A DNA stretch of 64,000 nucleotides from Thalassobaculaceae bacterium (GTDB lineage Bacteria > Pseudomonadota > Alphaproteobacteria > Thalassobaculales > Thalassobaculaceae). Shown piece after piece: positions 28,020 to 36,959 of this stretch; positions within the stretch are counted from its first letter, which is position 1; every line of letters starts with the position of its first letter. The notes below the pieces were generated by a model. That model saw only the letters and a list, made by a program, of their open reading frames with translations, ran no database searches and was not told where the DNA came from. A program made the translations under genes and the position numbers. Location of the stretch: contig OZ245843.1 in assembly GCA_965228875.1 (NCBI GenBank), forward strand, positions 3,144,616 through 3,208,615, given 5' to 3'.

Positions 28020-28418
28020 GGCATGTCCCTCAGATGCTCAAGGTCACATGGGCGATGTCGCGACAAGCGACTCCCAAAGCGCTCAACCGTCAGTCGAGAT
28101 CGTACTGATGCCAGCACGATGCGCTAGCCGAAAACGGTCACTGTGATACATGGTTCGTCCTCTCTCTCATCGCGCAGTGTCGACTTCCCGGCAGCCGTCG
28201 GGGCCGTAGTCCCAGCAACTTGAGAGTTGTGTCGCAAGCTTCTCCGCTTCCTCCGCAACCTGCAGATCGAGGCGCATGGCTCACCTCCTGCAAGGATTTC
28301 TGACCATCCTTTTCCTCACGCTGCGCCCAACGATTCCCTGAGGAGTGACCTGAATTCCTATGCAGAAGGAATTCGACGTTGACCTAGACACAGGGGAGGC
28401 AGAAGATGGCTTAATATA

Positions 28419-28443
28419 GCTGTCGAATTATCAATTCGACAGC
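28419..28443. promoter_or_regulatory. Perfect inverted repeat, probable AbiEi autorepression operator
   Basis: GCTGTCGAATT-ATC-AATTCGACAGC, 19 nt upstream of the abiEi ATG; AbiEi proteins are known to repress their own promoter via inverted repeats. Confidence 0.7.
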
Positions 28444-28462
28444 AATTTAAAAACAACATAGC

Positions 28463-29116
28463 ATGGAGGTCGACCTGTCGCAGGCGCGGAGGCTTGAGAT
28501 GTTGCTCGCGGACGGCTCGGTGTGGCGGATGAAGGATCTGCTGACCCAGGGGGTCGGCTCGACGACCGTTCGGCGGGCGGTCGATGCGGGATGGGTCGAA
28601 GCGCTCTCTAGAGGAACCTATCGCAGGCCTGACATCCCGGAAGAGCACGGCGCTGCGCTCTCGGAGATCTGCGCTCGTGTACCGCACGGCATCATCTGCC
28701 TGTTGTCAGCAGCTGAGTTCCACGGGTTGACGGACGAGACACCCGAAGAAGTTTGGCTGGCGATCGGAAACGATCGGCATCCGCCCCGCCTGTCCTGGCC
28801 ACCGGTCCGAACCGTTCGCTGGCGTCAGGCCGCGGCCTTCGAGATCGGTGTCGAGATCAAGACCATCCAAGGCGTCAAAGTCAGCATCACCAGCCCGGCA
28901 CGAACTGTCGTCGACATGCTTCGGATGATGTCGACCATCGGTGCCGACCGCGCGATGGAGTGCCTCCGAGACTACTCGATGAGAGGTGGCTCGGTGGGGG
29001 AGGTCCGCGTCATCGCGGATCGCATAGGGGTCGGGAAACGACTGACTCCGTATATCCGTGCAATCCCCTACATGGAGCCACGTCATGAAAAACATGGCGG
29101 AGAGCATTCGCTATAG
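28463..29116 (+). CDS. abiEi: Type IV TA antitoxin AbiEi
   Basis: N-terminal wHTH ending LSRGTY; GIICLLSAAEFHGLTD; ITSPARTVVD. Confidence 0.88.
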   Translation: MEVDLSQARRLEMLLADGSVWRMKDLLTQGVGSTTVRRAVDAGWVEALSRGTYRRPDIPEEHGAALSEICARVPHGIICLLSAAEFHGLTDETPEEVWLAIGNDRHPPRLSWPPVRTVRWRQAAAFEIGVEIKTIQGVKVSITSPARTVVDMLRMMSTIGADRAMECLRDYSMRGGSVGEVRVIADRIGVGKRLTPYIRAIPYMEPRHEKHGGEHSL

Positions 29117-30041
29117 ATTGAGGACGCAAGCCCGCTCCCTGGGCATCGCGCCAGATTCCATCTTCTCCCACTGGAGCATGGAGCGCTTCCTCAATCGCTT
29201 CGCTCGTTCCCAGTTTCGGGACCTGTTCGCCCTGAAGGGCGCACTGCTGTTCGCGGCCTGGGACGGCGATTGGCAGCGATCGACCACCGACATAGACCTC
29301 GAAGGACTGGACGACAGCTTTGTCGGCCGCATGGGCGACGTGGTCACTGCTATCGCAGCCCTGCCATCCTCTGAGCCCGACGGACTGATCTTCGACGTCA
29401 GCAGTCTCAGAACGCAGCCATTAATCGGAGACCAGATACCGGGAACCCGGGTCATTGTTACCGCTCGCTTGGGTGCCAGCACCATTCATGTCAAGGTCGA
29501 TATCGGCTTCGGCCACCCTGTCACCCCTGCACCGGAACTGATCGAACTCCCATGTTTGCTCGCGGGATTCTCCTCGTTCACGCTCCTGGGGTGCCCTCGG
29601 GAAACCATGCTGGCGGAGAAGTTCGCGACCATCGTCGAATTCGGACGCGACAACACCAGGGTCCGCGATTACCACGACATCAAGGCGCTCGCTGATCGCT
29701 ATAGGTTCGACAGCAAAGTCCTGATCAAAGCGGCCCGGGCAACCTTCGCCCGCCGCGACGCTGGTCGCTTTCTCACCCGCACCGACGGCTACTGGGAATC
29801 CGGGTTGTCGAGTGAACTCGCTCGAGAGCGGTTCAGGCGAGCCTGGGAGAACCGCCGACGACGGATGCCGCGGACTCACTCCGGCCGCCAGGAAATGGAC
29901 GCTGTCATGGGGCGCGTGAAGGAATTCGGGATGCCACTGCTGACGGCAGTGCGGGATGGCCGGGAGACAATTGGTAATTGGGATCCGGAAAGGGGATGGC
30001 CCGAAAGATGCCCCAAACCGGCGCTTTCTGCCAATTCATGA
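29085..30041 (+). CDS. abiEii: Type IV TA nucleotidyltransferase toxin AbiEii
   Basis: MERFLNR, LKGALL, RSTTDIDL, VDIGFG, LAEKF, NTRVRDYHD; overlaps the abiEi 3' end. Confidence 0.9.
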   Translation: MKNMAESIRYRLRTQARSLGIAPDSIFSHWSMERFLNRFARSQFRDLFALKGALLFAAWDGDWQRSTTDIDLEGLDDSFVGRMGDVVTAIAALPSSEPDGLIFDVSSLRTQPLIGDQIPGTRVIVTARLGASTIHVKVDIGFGHPVTPAPELIELPCLLAGFSSFTLLGCPRETMLAEKFATIVEFGRDNTRVRDYHDIKALADRYRFDSKVLIKAARATFARRDAGRFLTRTDGYWESGLSSELARERFRRAWENRRRRMPRTHSGRQEMDAVMGRVKEFGMPLLTAVRDGRETIGNWDPERGWPERCPKPALSANS

Positions 30042-30104
30042 CGTTGAACCAAGCCTGGGCAAGGAGCGCCGTTGTTCCCCGAAGCAATCAATTACGAGAA
30101 GAAA

Positions 30105-30527
30105 ATGGCCCATAAAGACGACCCTGAGCATGTCGAGCGCGCAAAGCGCCTGTCGAAGATCCTGCGCACACTGCTCAAACCATTCTTGCCCGACATGAAG
30201 CCGTCCCGATGCCAGAACGTAGTTGCTCCCCTTATGGGCTTCAGGGACTGGCACCAATTGGCAAAGTCACCCAGCCTCATGGCGCCATACGCCGAGCTCC
30301 TTGATGAAGATCGGCTGCAGAAACGCCGTTTTAAGCAGCGCGAGATCCTGTCAGAAGCCTTCCATGAACTAAATCAGTCTCCCGAACCCAGGTTCGTTCG
30401 GAGGGTCGTGCTTTCCACCCGCGTGCTGTCGAAGAATCTCCCAAAGCCCCTGCCTGAGCTCTTTAACGAGTGTCGAGAGCAAGGGTGGCTGCCTGGCGCA
30501 CAGACGAGCTCGGACACTATGCGTTAG
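30105..30527 (+). CDS. Small hypothetical protein, Glyoxalase_8-like N-terminal domain
   Basis: AKRLSKIL...SRCQNVVAPLMGFRDWHQL pattern. Confidence 0.55.
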   Translation: MAHKDDPEHVERAKRLSKILRTLLKPFLPDMKPSRCQNVVAPLMGFRDWHQLAKSPSLMAPYAELLDEDRLQKRRFKQREILSEAFHELNQSPEPRFVRRVVLSTRVLSKNLPKPLPELFNECREQGWLPGAQTSSDTMR

Positions 30528-30617
30528 CCCCGACCACGGGACCTCCGGACCAACCGGGGTAGTTCCTTGCAACGGTCGATCGGATCCTCAGTGACATGAC
30601 CGTCACTGGAGGATCCG

Positions 30618-31088
30618 ATGATCGACACCACACAGCTTGGAACGCTGCCTGCCGAAGCTGACTTCGACCCTCGACTCGAGCACGCACTAGATGGAATGGA
30701 AGATGCCCACGACGACCGAGAGGTTGCGGTCGCGTTTGCCCGAAGAGCCGTGAAGACCGCACCGGGATGCTCGCAGGCTCTCCTCGTCCTCGCGGAGAAT
30801 GCACCGACCGCCGTTGAACGCGTGGCGCTCTTGAAGGAAATCGTGAGCACCTACAAGCGCCGGGTTTCCACAGGCGCTCTGCAAGAGATCCGGTCAATCT
30901 GGGATCGGGATGCGAAGAACCTCAATGCGGCGCTGATCTGCCTTGGCGACGAGCTCTCCGAACTCGGGGACCACGAAGGGGCCAAGGCATGCTTCCGATA
31001 TGTGAGCGGGTTCGGCGAGGGTGACCGGTTCGGGGCCGGGAGAGCGCTGGAAGAACTGGAGGAAAGTGGGCGACGGCCGGGAATTTGA
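30618..31088 (+). CDS. Hypothetical TPR-like helical protein
   Basis: FARRAVKTAPGCSQALLVLAE and LGDELSELGDHEGAKACF resemble TPR helices; RBS GGAGG. Confidence 0.55.
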   Translation: MIDTTQLGTLPAEADFDPRLEHALDGMEDAHDDREVAVAFARRAVKTAPGCSQALLVLAENAPTAVERVALLKEIVSTYKRRVSTGALQEIRSIWDRDAKNLNAALICLGDELSELGDHEGAKACFRYVSGFGEGDRFGAGRALEELEESGRRPGI

Positions 31089-31193
31089 AGGTTGCAGGCC
31101 AGTTTGAAAGGGAAGGTTACCGCGCGTTAGAGAGCGCGCTTTCGGTGTGGTGGCGAGAGCCAATCTGGAGGCATCGAATCAGTTCGAAAACTA

Positions 31194-31206
31194 TAACTTA
31201 TTGATT
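31194..31206 (-). promoter_or_regulatory. IHF consensus site at the island edge
   Basis: Minus strand AATCAATAAGTTA equals WATCAANNNNTTR, with an A/T tract on its 5' side. Confidence 0.5.
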
Positions 31207-31362
31207 TTATTATATTATCTTTTGTCGCCAATCTATCAATCGTGACAATTCCAGTACAAGAACTTGGCAGAACTGAATTTTATGTGGCAGACGACAAGTG
31301 ATCCAAGCTTGAGCGGATTTTTATCCGGTTTTAGAAAGCCTGTAAAGAGGTTTTTTCATATT

Positions 31363-31806
31363 TCACGGATTTTTCTTATCATCCGCCGCGATCAGGATCC
31401 TGATCTGGTCGTGGCCGCGGCCGACGATCTTGCGCAGGGTGACGTGGCTGCGCCCGTCGATATCCTCCAGCTTGCGCCACGGCACGCCATTGGCCCGTGC
31501 CCACACGAGACGCCGGGCCTCGTCGTCGCAGGAGAGCAGCCAGACCAGCGCCCGATCCATCCGGTCGATGGCCTGGGGAGAGGGCGGCGCCTGCCGCGTG
31601 CGCCCCGAGACCGGCGTCGCCATGAGGGAGACGCTGTCCCGGACCACGGCCGGCCAGCTCGACAGCCGGGGGCCGGCGAGCCCCCTCGGCAGCCGCTTGA
31701 GCGTGTCCGCGGCCTCCCGCAGCAGGTCGGGCACCGGGTCCGGGGTGCGCCGCCGTCGAGGAACCGTGGGAGGGGCCGGGGCTGTGTCGGGGGCAAGGTC
31801 GGTCAT
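31363..31806 (-). CDS. DUF6362-like protein (phage-type HTH regulator-like)
   Basis: LREAADTLKRLP...SSWP...PPSPQAIDRMDRALVWL...RLVWARANGVPW. Confidence 0.75.
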   Translation of the reverse strand: MTDLAPDTAPAPPTVPRRRRTPDPVPDLLREAADTLKRLPRGLAGPRLSSWPAVVRDSVSLMATPVSGRTRQAPPSPQAIDRMDRALVWLLSCDDEARRLVWARANGVPWRKLEDIDGRSHVTLRKIVGRGHDQIRILIAADDKKNP

Positions 31807-31931
31807 GGCAAGGGTCTCCAATCGTCAATACACGCATTGAGCAAAGGAGTATCAACCTATGGCATCGAAATAGGATGAGCAATAGGAAATTTATTCTATA
31901 CAGCTGTCGGAAATCGGAATACGATCCGATC

Positions 31932-32663
31932 ATGAAGCTCGACCCCCTCCGACGCCGGGTTCTCGAACTGGTCGCGCACCGCGATCCGCCGACGGACCTG
32001 AAGAAGGCGTCGATTGCCTGCGGCAAGAACCACGCCTACCTGCACCAGTTCGTGCACCGGGGGACGCCGCGGAAACTGCCGGAGGATGTGCGCCACCTGC
32101 TGGCGGCCCATCTGGGCGTCGACGAGAGCGCGCTTCGCGAGGGCGGACCGCCGCAGGTCGCGTCCTCCGGTGCGCGCCAAGCGACGGAGATGACGACGCG
32201 CCGCGCGGTGACCTACGCCCGCGCCCTGACGGTGGACAGCGATCCGAGCGTCACCGCCGTGCCGGAGGTGCGGATCAACGCCTCGGCCGGCGGCGGCTCG
32301 CTGATCGAGCAGGAGCGTCGGGGCGACACCTGGTACTTTCCCGTGGCCTGGCTGCAGCACCAGCTTCATGCCGAGGCCGAGAACCTTCGGATCATCTCGA
32401 TCGACGGCGACTCGATGGAGCCGATCCTGGAGGCCGGCGACAAGATCCTGGTCGACACCTCGCGCAAGTCGCCGTCGCCGCCCGGGATCTTCGTCCTGTT
32501 CGACGGCATGGGGCTGGTCGCCAAACAGTTGGAGCCGGTCCCCAACACCGAGCCGGCCCGGGTGCTGATCCGTTCCGCCAATCCGCGCTATCAGGACTAC
32601 GAGCGTACGGTCGACGAGGTGTCGGTGATCGGCCGCGTCGTCTGGTTCTCGCGCCGGCTCTGA
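31932..32663 (+). CDS. S24-family (LexA/cI-like) repressor-peptidase
   Basis: N-terminal HTH (SIACGKNHAYLHQF...GTPRKL); SAGGG cleavage-loop-like; DGDSMEP; VAKQL; IGRVVW. Confidence 0.88.
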   Translation: MKLDPLRRRVLELVAHRDPPTDLKKASIACGKNHAYLHQFVHRGTPRKLPEDVRHLLAAHLGVDESALREGGPPQVASSGARQATEMTTRRAVTYARALTVDSDPSVTAVPEVRINASAGGGSLIEQERRGDTWYFPVAWLQHQLHAEAENLRIISIDGDSMEPILEAGDKILVDTSRKSPSPPGIFVLFDGMGLVAKQLEPVPNTEPARVLIRSANPRYQDYERTVDEVSVIGRVVWFSRRL

Positions 32664-32737
32664 GGCGAAACTGAACGCTTCCGATCGCCCCCTCAAATCG
32701 TTAGCATACGAATGAGTTTGAGTGACGGAGGCCGAAG

Positions 32738-34840
32738 GTGGCGAACGGGAACGGCACGCCCGCCGCGACGGGAATGCGATCGCGGATCGTGGGCGTCGAT
32801 GTCGGCGGAACCTTCACCGATCTGGTCTATCTCGACCCCGCCCTGCCCGGCGGTCTCGCCCTGGCCAAGGTACCGACGACCGTCGACAACCAGGCCGGCG
32901 GGGTCATGGCGGCGCTCGACGCGGCCGGGGTCGACGCCGCCGCCCTCGACCAGATCGTCCACGGCACAACGACCACCACCAACGCCCTGCTGGAGCGCAA
33001 GGTCGCGCGCACCGGCCTCATCACCACCCGCGGGTTCCGCGACGTGATGGAGCTGGGCCGGCGGACCCGGCCGACCGCCTACGGACTGACCGGCGGGTTC
33101 GAGCCGCTGATCCCGCGCGAGCTGCGGCTGGAGGTGCCCGAGCGGGTGGACGCCGAGGGGGAGATCCTGGTTCCTCTCGACGAGGACGCGGTCGTCGCGG
33201 CGGCCGACGCCCTGCGGGCGGCGGGCTGCGAGGCGGTGGTCGTCCATTTCCTGCACAGCTACGCCAACCCGGCGCACGAACGCCGGGCGGCCGACCTTCT
33301 CCGCGCCCGCTGGCCCGAGGCCGAGGTGACCGCCGGCCACGCCATCCTGAGCGAGTTCCGCGAGTACGAACGCGGCACCACCGCCGCGGTGAACGCCACG
33401 GTGCAGCCGGTTCTGCGCCGCTATCTGCGGCGCCTGACCGATCGCCTCACGGACAGCGGCTACGCCCGCACCCTGCTGGTGATGCAGGGCAACGGCGGCA
33501 CCATCTCCGCCGGGCGCGCCGCCGACCAGGCGGTCAATACGGTCATGTCCGGCCCGGCCTCCGGCGTGATGGCCGCCGCCTACACCGCGCGCAACGCCGG
33601 TTTCGCCAACGTGCTCACCTACGACATGGGCGGCACCAGTTCCGATGTCGGTCTCATCATCGACGGGGTTCCCAGTATCCACAGCGAGCTCGACCTGGAA
33701 TACGGCATGCCCATCCACGTGCCGATGGTGGACGTCCACACCATCGGCGCCGGCGGCGGCTCGATCGCCTCGGTCGACGCCTCCGGCCTGCTGAAGGTCG
33801 GTCCCGAAAGCGCCGGCGCGACCCCGGGTCCGATCTGCTACGCCCGCGGCGGGACCGAGCCGACCATCACCGACGCCAACCTGGTGCTCGGCCGGCTCGA
33901 CCCCGACCGGCTGCTGTCGGTCGACACCCCGGTATCGCTCGACGACGTGCGGGACCGCATCGGCGAGACGGTCGGCGCGCCGCTCGGCCTGTCCGCCGAC
34001 GATGCCGCCGCCGCCATCCTGCGGGTGGCCAACGACCGCATGGCCGGCGCGATCCGCATGGTGTCGCTGTCGAAGGGCCACGACCCCCGCGATTTCGTGC
34101 TGTTCGCGTTCGGCGGGGCGGGCCCCCTGCACGCGACGGCGCTGGCCCGCGAGCTGGCGGTGCCGACGGTGATCATCCCCGCGCGGCCGGGCATCACCAA
34201 CGCCATCGGCTGCGCCGTCGCCGACCTGCGCCACGACTTCGTCAACACCCTGAACACGCCGCTCGCCGCTCTCGACATCGCCCAGGTGCACGCGATCTTC
34301 GCCGACCAGGAGGCGGAAGGCCGCGCCCTGCTCGAAGCGGAGGGCGTGGCGCTGGCCGGCATCGAGATACGGCGCAGCGCCGACATGCAGTTCCTCGGCC
34401 AGTCGCACATCCTGCAGGTCCCGCTCGACGCGGCCGAGCCGAGCCTGGACGATCTCGACCGGCTGTTCGCCGCCGCCTACTGGGACCGCTTCGCCGTCGA
34501 CCTGCCGGAGATCCGGCCGGTGCTGGTCAACCTACACACGGCGGTCATCGGCCATCGCCCCGCCATCCCGCTCGCCACCCTCGCCGCGTCGGATACGAGG
34601 GCAGCCTCGCTGGACGGCGCTCGACAGACCACCCGCGACGTCTGGTTCGAGGCGGTCGGCTGGACCGCGACGCCGGTCTACCGTCGCGAGTCGCTGCCGG
34701 AGGGCGCGGCTTTCGACGGCCCGGCGATCGTCGCCCAGTTCGACTCCACCACCGTCGTCGAGCCCGGCCAGTCGGCGCGGCTGGACACCCACGGCAACCT
34801 GGTGATCACGGTCCCGAACCCGTTCGGAGATGCCTCATGA
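32738..34840 (+). CDS. hyuA: Hydantoinase/oxoprolinase subunit A
   Basis: GVDVGGTFTD, HGTTTTTNALLE, SGPASG, DMGGTSSD, IGAGGGSI, AFGGAGPLH. Confidence 0.93.
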   Translation: MANGNGTPAATGMRSRIVGVDVGGTFTDLVYLDPALPGGLALAKVPTTVDNQAGGVMAALDAAGVDAAALDQIVHGTTTTTNALLERKVARTGLITTRGFRDVMELGRRTRPTAYGLTGGFEPLIPRELRLEVPERVDAEGEILVPLDEDAVVAAADALRAAGCEAVVVHFLHSYANPAHERRAADLLRARWPEAEVTAGHAILSEFREYERGTTAAVNATVQPVLRRYLRRLTDRLTDSGYARTLLVMQGNGGTISAGRAADQAVNTVMSGPASGVMAAAYTARNAGFANVLTYDMGGTSSDVGLIIDGVPSIHSELDLEYGMPIHVPMVDVHTIGAGGGSIASVDASGLLKVGPESAGATPGPICYARGGTEPTITDANLVLGRLDPDRLLSVDTPVSLDDVRDRIGETVGAPLGLSADDAAAAILRVANDRMAGAIRMVSLSKGHDPRDFVLFAFGGAGPLHATALARELAVPTVIIPARPGITNAIGCAVADLRHDFVNTLNTPLAALDIAQVHAIFADQEAEGRALLEAEGVALAGIEIRRSADMQFLGQSHILQVPLDAAEPSLDDLDRLFAAAYWDRFAVDLPEIRPVLVNLHTAVIGHRPAIPLATLAASDTRAASLDGARQTTRDVWFEAVGWTATPVYRRESLPEGAAFDGPAIVAQFDSTTVVEPGQSARLDTHGNLVITVPNPFGDAS

Positions 34841-36477
34841 GCGCACTCGACCCGATCACTCTCACGGTGATCCAGAACGGCCTCCAGCAGGTCTGCAACG
34901 AGATGGACCTGGCATTCTCGCGCGCGGCCTTCTCGCCGGTCATCAGCGAGACCCACGATCGCTCCGACGGCATCTACCACCGCGACGACGGCGCCCTGAT
35001 CGCCCAGGGCGAGGACGGGCTGCCGGTCTTCGTCGGCACCATGCAGGACTGCTGTGCCACCGTGATCGAGCGGGCGAAGGACCTGCAGCCGGGCGACGTC
35101 TACATCGTCAACGATCCGTATCTTGGCGGCACCCACCTGATGGACGTGAAGTTCGTCAAACCGTTCTTCTACAAGGGCGCGCTGTTCTGCTGGCTGGCCA
35201 ATACCGGGCACTGGCCCGATACCGGGGGTGCGGTGCCCGGCGGCTTCTCGGCCAGCGCCACCGAGGTCGAGCAGGAGGGGCTGCGCCTGCCGCCGGTGAA
35301 GCTCTACAAGGCCGGGGTGATCGACGAGGAGATCCTCGCGATCATCAACTCCAACATCCGCATCGCCGACCAGCGCATCGGCGATATCCGGGCCCAGGCC
35401 GCCGCGCTCACCGTGGGCGAGCGCCGGCTGACCCTGCTGCTCGACCGCTATGGCGCCGACGTGGTCGACCGGGCCATCGCCGAGATGCGGGTCCGCGCCG
35501 CCCAGCAGATGCGGGCCAAGATCGCCGCCGTCCCGGACGGGGTGTACGAGAGCACCGCCATCGTCGACAGCGACGGGGTGGTGAACGCGCCGCTGACCAT
35601 CGCGCTCACCCTCACCATCAGGGGCGAGGAGGCGCATTTCGACTTCTCGCGCTCCTCCCCACCCTGCCAGGGGCCGATGAACAGCGTCATCGCCACCACC
35701 CGCTCGTCGGTCTATCTGGCGATGAAGCACATCTACCCGGACGTGGCGATCAACGCCGGCACCTTCGAGCCGCTGCGGGTCGCCGATCCGGACGGAACCT
35801 TCCTCTATGCGAAGTATCCACGCCCGGTCTCCGGCTGCGCGGCGGAGGTGAGCCAGCGCATCGCCGAGGCGGTGTTCGCCGCCATGACGAAGGCGGTCCC
35901 CGAGCACCTGTTCGCCGCCCCGGCGGGTACCAGCGGCAACTTCTCGCTGGGCGGGATCGATCCGAAGACCGGCCGCGGCTATGTCTGCTACCTGATCTCC
36001 GGCGGCGGCTACGGCGGGCATCCGGGCGGCGACGGCCTCTCCAACGGCTGCTCCACCATCGGCATCTCCAAGACCACGCCGATCGAGGTGGTCGAGCAAC
36101 GCTATCCGATCCTGTACGAGGAATACGCGCTGCGCGAAGGCTCCGGCGGGGCCGGCGAGCATCGCGGCGGCTTCGGCGTGCGCTACAAGGTGCGCCTGCG
36201 CCGGGGGGAAGCGCGGGCCAGCTTCGTCATGGATCACGGCCGCGTCGGCCCGCAGGGAGCGCTCGGCGGCGAGGACGGGGCGCCGAACACGGTGCTGGTG
36301 GAGCGCGGCGGCGACAGATACATGCCGCTGCACCTGTCCAAGGAACAGGGCATCGCGATCGCCGAGGGCGACGCCATCACGGTGGAAACGCCGGGCGGCG
36401 GCGGCTACGGCGACCCGTCGAAGCGCGATCCGGAGCTGGTCGAGCGCGACCGGGTGCGGGGGTATTACCCGGAGTGA
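34837..36477 (+). CDS. hyuB: Hydantoinase B/oxoprolinase subunit B
   Basis: MSALDPITLTVI, NDPYLGGTHLMD, HWPDTGG, EGLRLPP, TPGGGGYGDP; ATGA overlap with subunit A. Confidence 0.93.
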   Translation: MSALDPITLTVIQNGLQQVCNEMDLAFSRAAFSPVISETHDRSDGIYHRDDGALIAQGEDGLPVFVGTMQDCCATVIERAKDLQPGDVYIVNDPYLGGTHLMDVKFVKPFFYKGALFCWLANTGHWPDTGGAVPGGFSASATEVEQEGLRLPPVKLYKAGVIDEEILAIINSNIRIADQRIGDIRAQAAALTVGERRLTLLLDRYGADVVDRAIAEMRVRAAQQMRAKIAAVPDGVYESTAIVDSDGVVNAPLTIALTLTIRGEEAHFDFSRSSPPCQGPMNSVIATTRSSVYLAMKHIYPDVAINAGTFEPLRVADPDGTFLYAKYPRPVSGCAAEVSQRIAEAVFAAMTKAVPEHLFAAPAGTSGNFSLGGIDPKTGRGYVCYLISGGGYGGHPGGDGLSNGCSTIGISKTTPIEVVEQRYPILYEEYALREGSGGAGEHRGGFGVRYKVRLRRGEARASFVMDHGRVGPQGALGGEDGAPNTVLVERGGDRYMPLHLSKEQGIAIAEGDAITVETPGGGGYGDPSKRDPELVERDRVRGYYPE

Positions 36478-36483
36478 GACACC

Positions 36484-36807
36484 TCAGTCCGTGAACGCGT
36501 ATTCCCCGAGGTCGCACAGATCGAGGCCGTAATCCTCGAGCACGAAGCCGTCGTCGAAAGTGCCGCGGATGTCGTAGACGCAGGTGGTCAGTCCATCGGC
36601 GATCAGGACGGCGATCTCGTTGCCCGGTGGCAGATAGCCGCCCTCCAGCAGGTTCTCTTCCCAGGCATCGCTGCTGGCGGCCGAGACGTTGAAGCCGACG
36701 AGATCGGACCCCGACTCGTTGACCAGGATGAACTCCAGGTCCTCGGCGACCGCCGGGGCGGTAAGGAACAGGGCCAGAAGTGCCAGGACGGCTGCCGGGT
36801 TCCGCAT
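36484..36807 (-). CDS. Small exported hypothetical protein
   Basis: Signal peptide (AVA|ED); FILVNES...WEENLL...CVYDIR...LDLC; RBS GGAGG. Confidence 0.8.
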   Translation of the reverse strand: MRNPAAVLALLALFLTAPAVAEDLEFILVNESGSDLVGFNVSAASSDAWEENLLEGGYLPPGNEIAVLIADGLTTCVYDIRGTFDDGFVLEDYGLDLCDLGEYAFTD

Positions 36808-36959
36808 GGGATGTCTCCTCCGAATAGTTCAGGTTTCACTCGAATTCGAACCATTGAACGTTAAACAAAAACCGGAACCGCCGACAGCCAAATCGCGGTT
36901 CCGTCGCGGTGGGGGAATCTGATGTACTGCGGCCGTCGGCAGCCGAAGCGGAGCGGAAA

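Larger units (their letters stand above)
1..31300. mobile_element. Accessory genomic (defence) island, right-hand part; left end lies outside the window
   Basis: Spot-counted 60-nt lines give about 47-67% GC versus about 72% in a core line. CTAG is frequent here and rare after 31.4 kb. Dense defence-type genes, gene remnants and an IS. AT-rich end with an IHF consensus near 31.2 kb. No integrase in the window. Confidence 0.8.

Noticed and set aside
31148..31180. tRNA 3'-end fragment (minus strand ends CTCGCCACCA)
   Set aside because: No properly spaced T-arm or acceptor-stem pairing; the match is too short to call.
31262..31292. dif/Xer site (CAGAA...TTATGT)
   Set aside because: The spacer is one base too long and both arms deviate from the XerC/XerD consensus.
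31363..32663. Prophage immunity region
   Set aside because: Host-like GC, and no phage structural, replication or integrase genes nearby.
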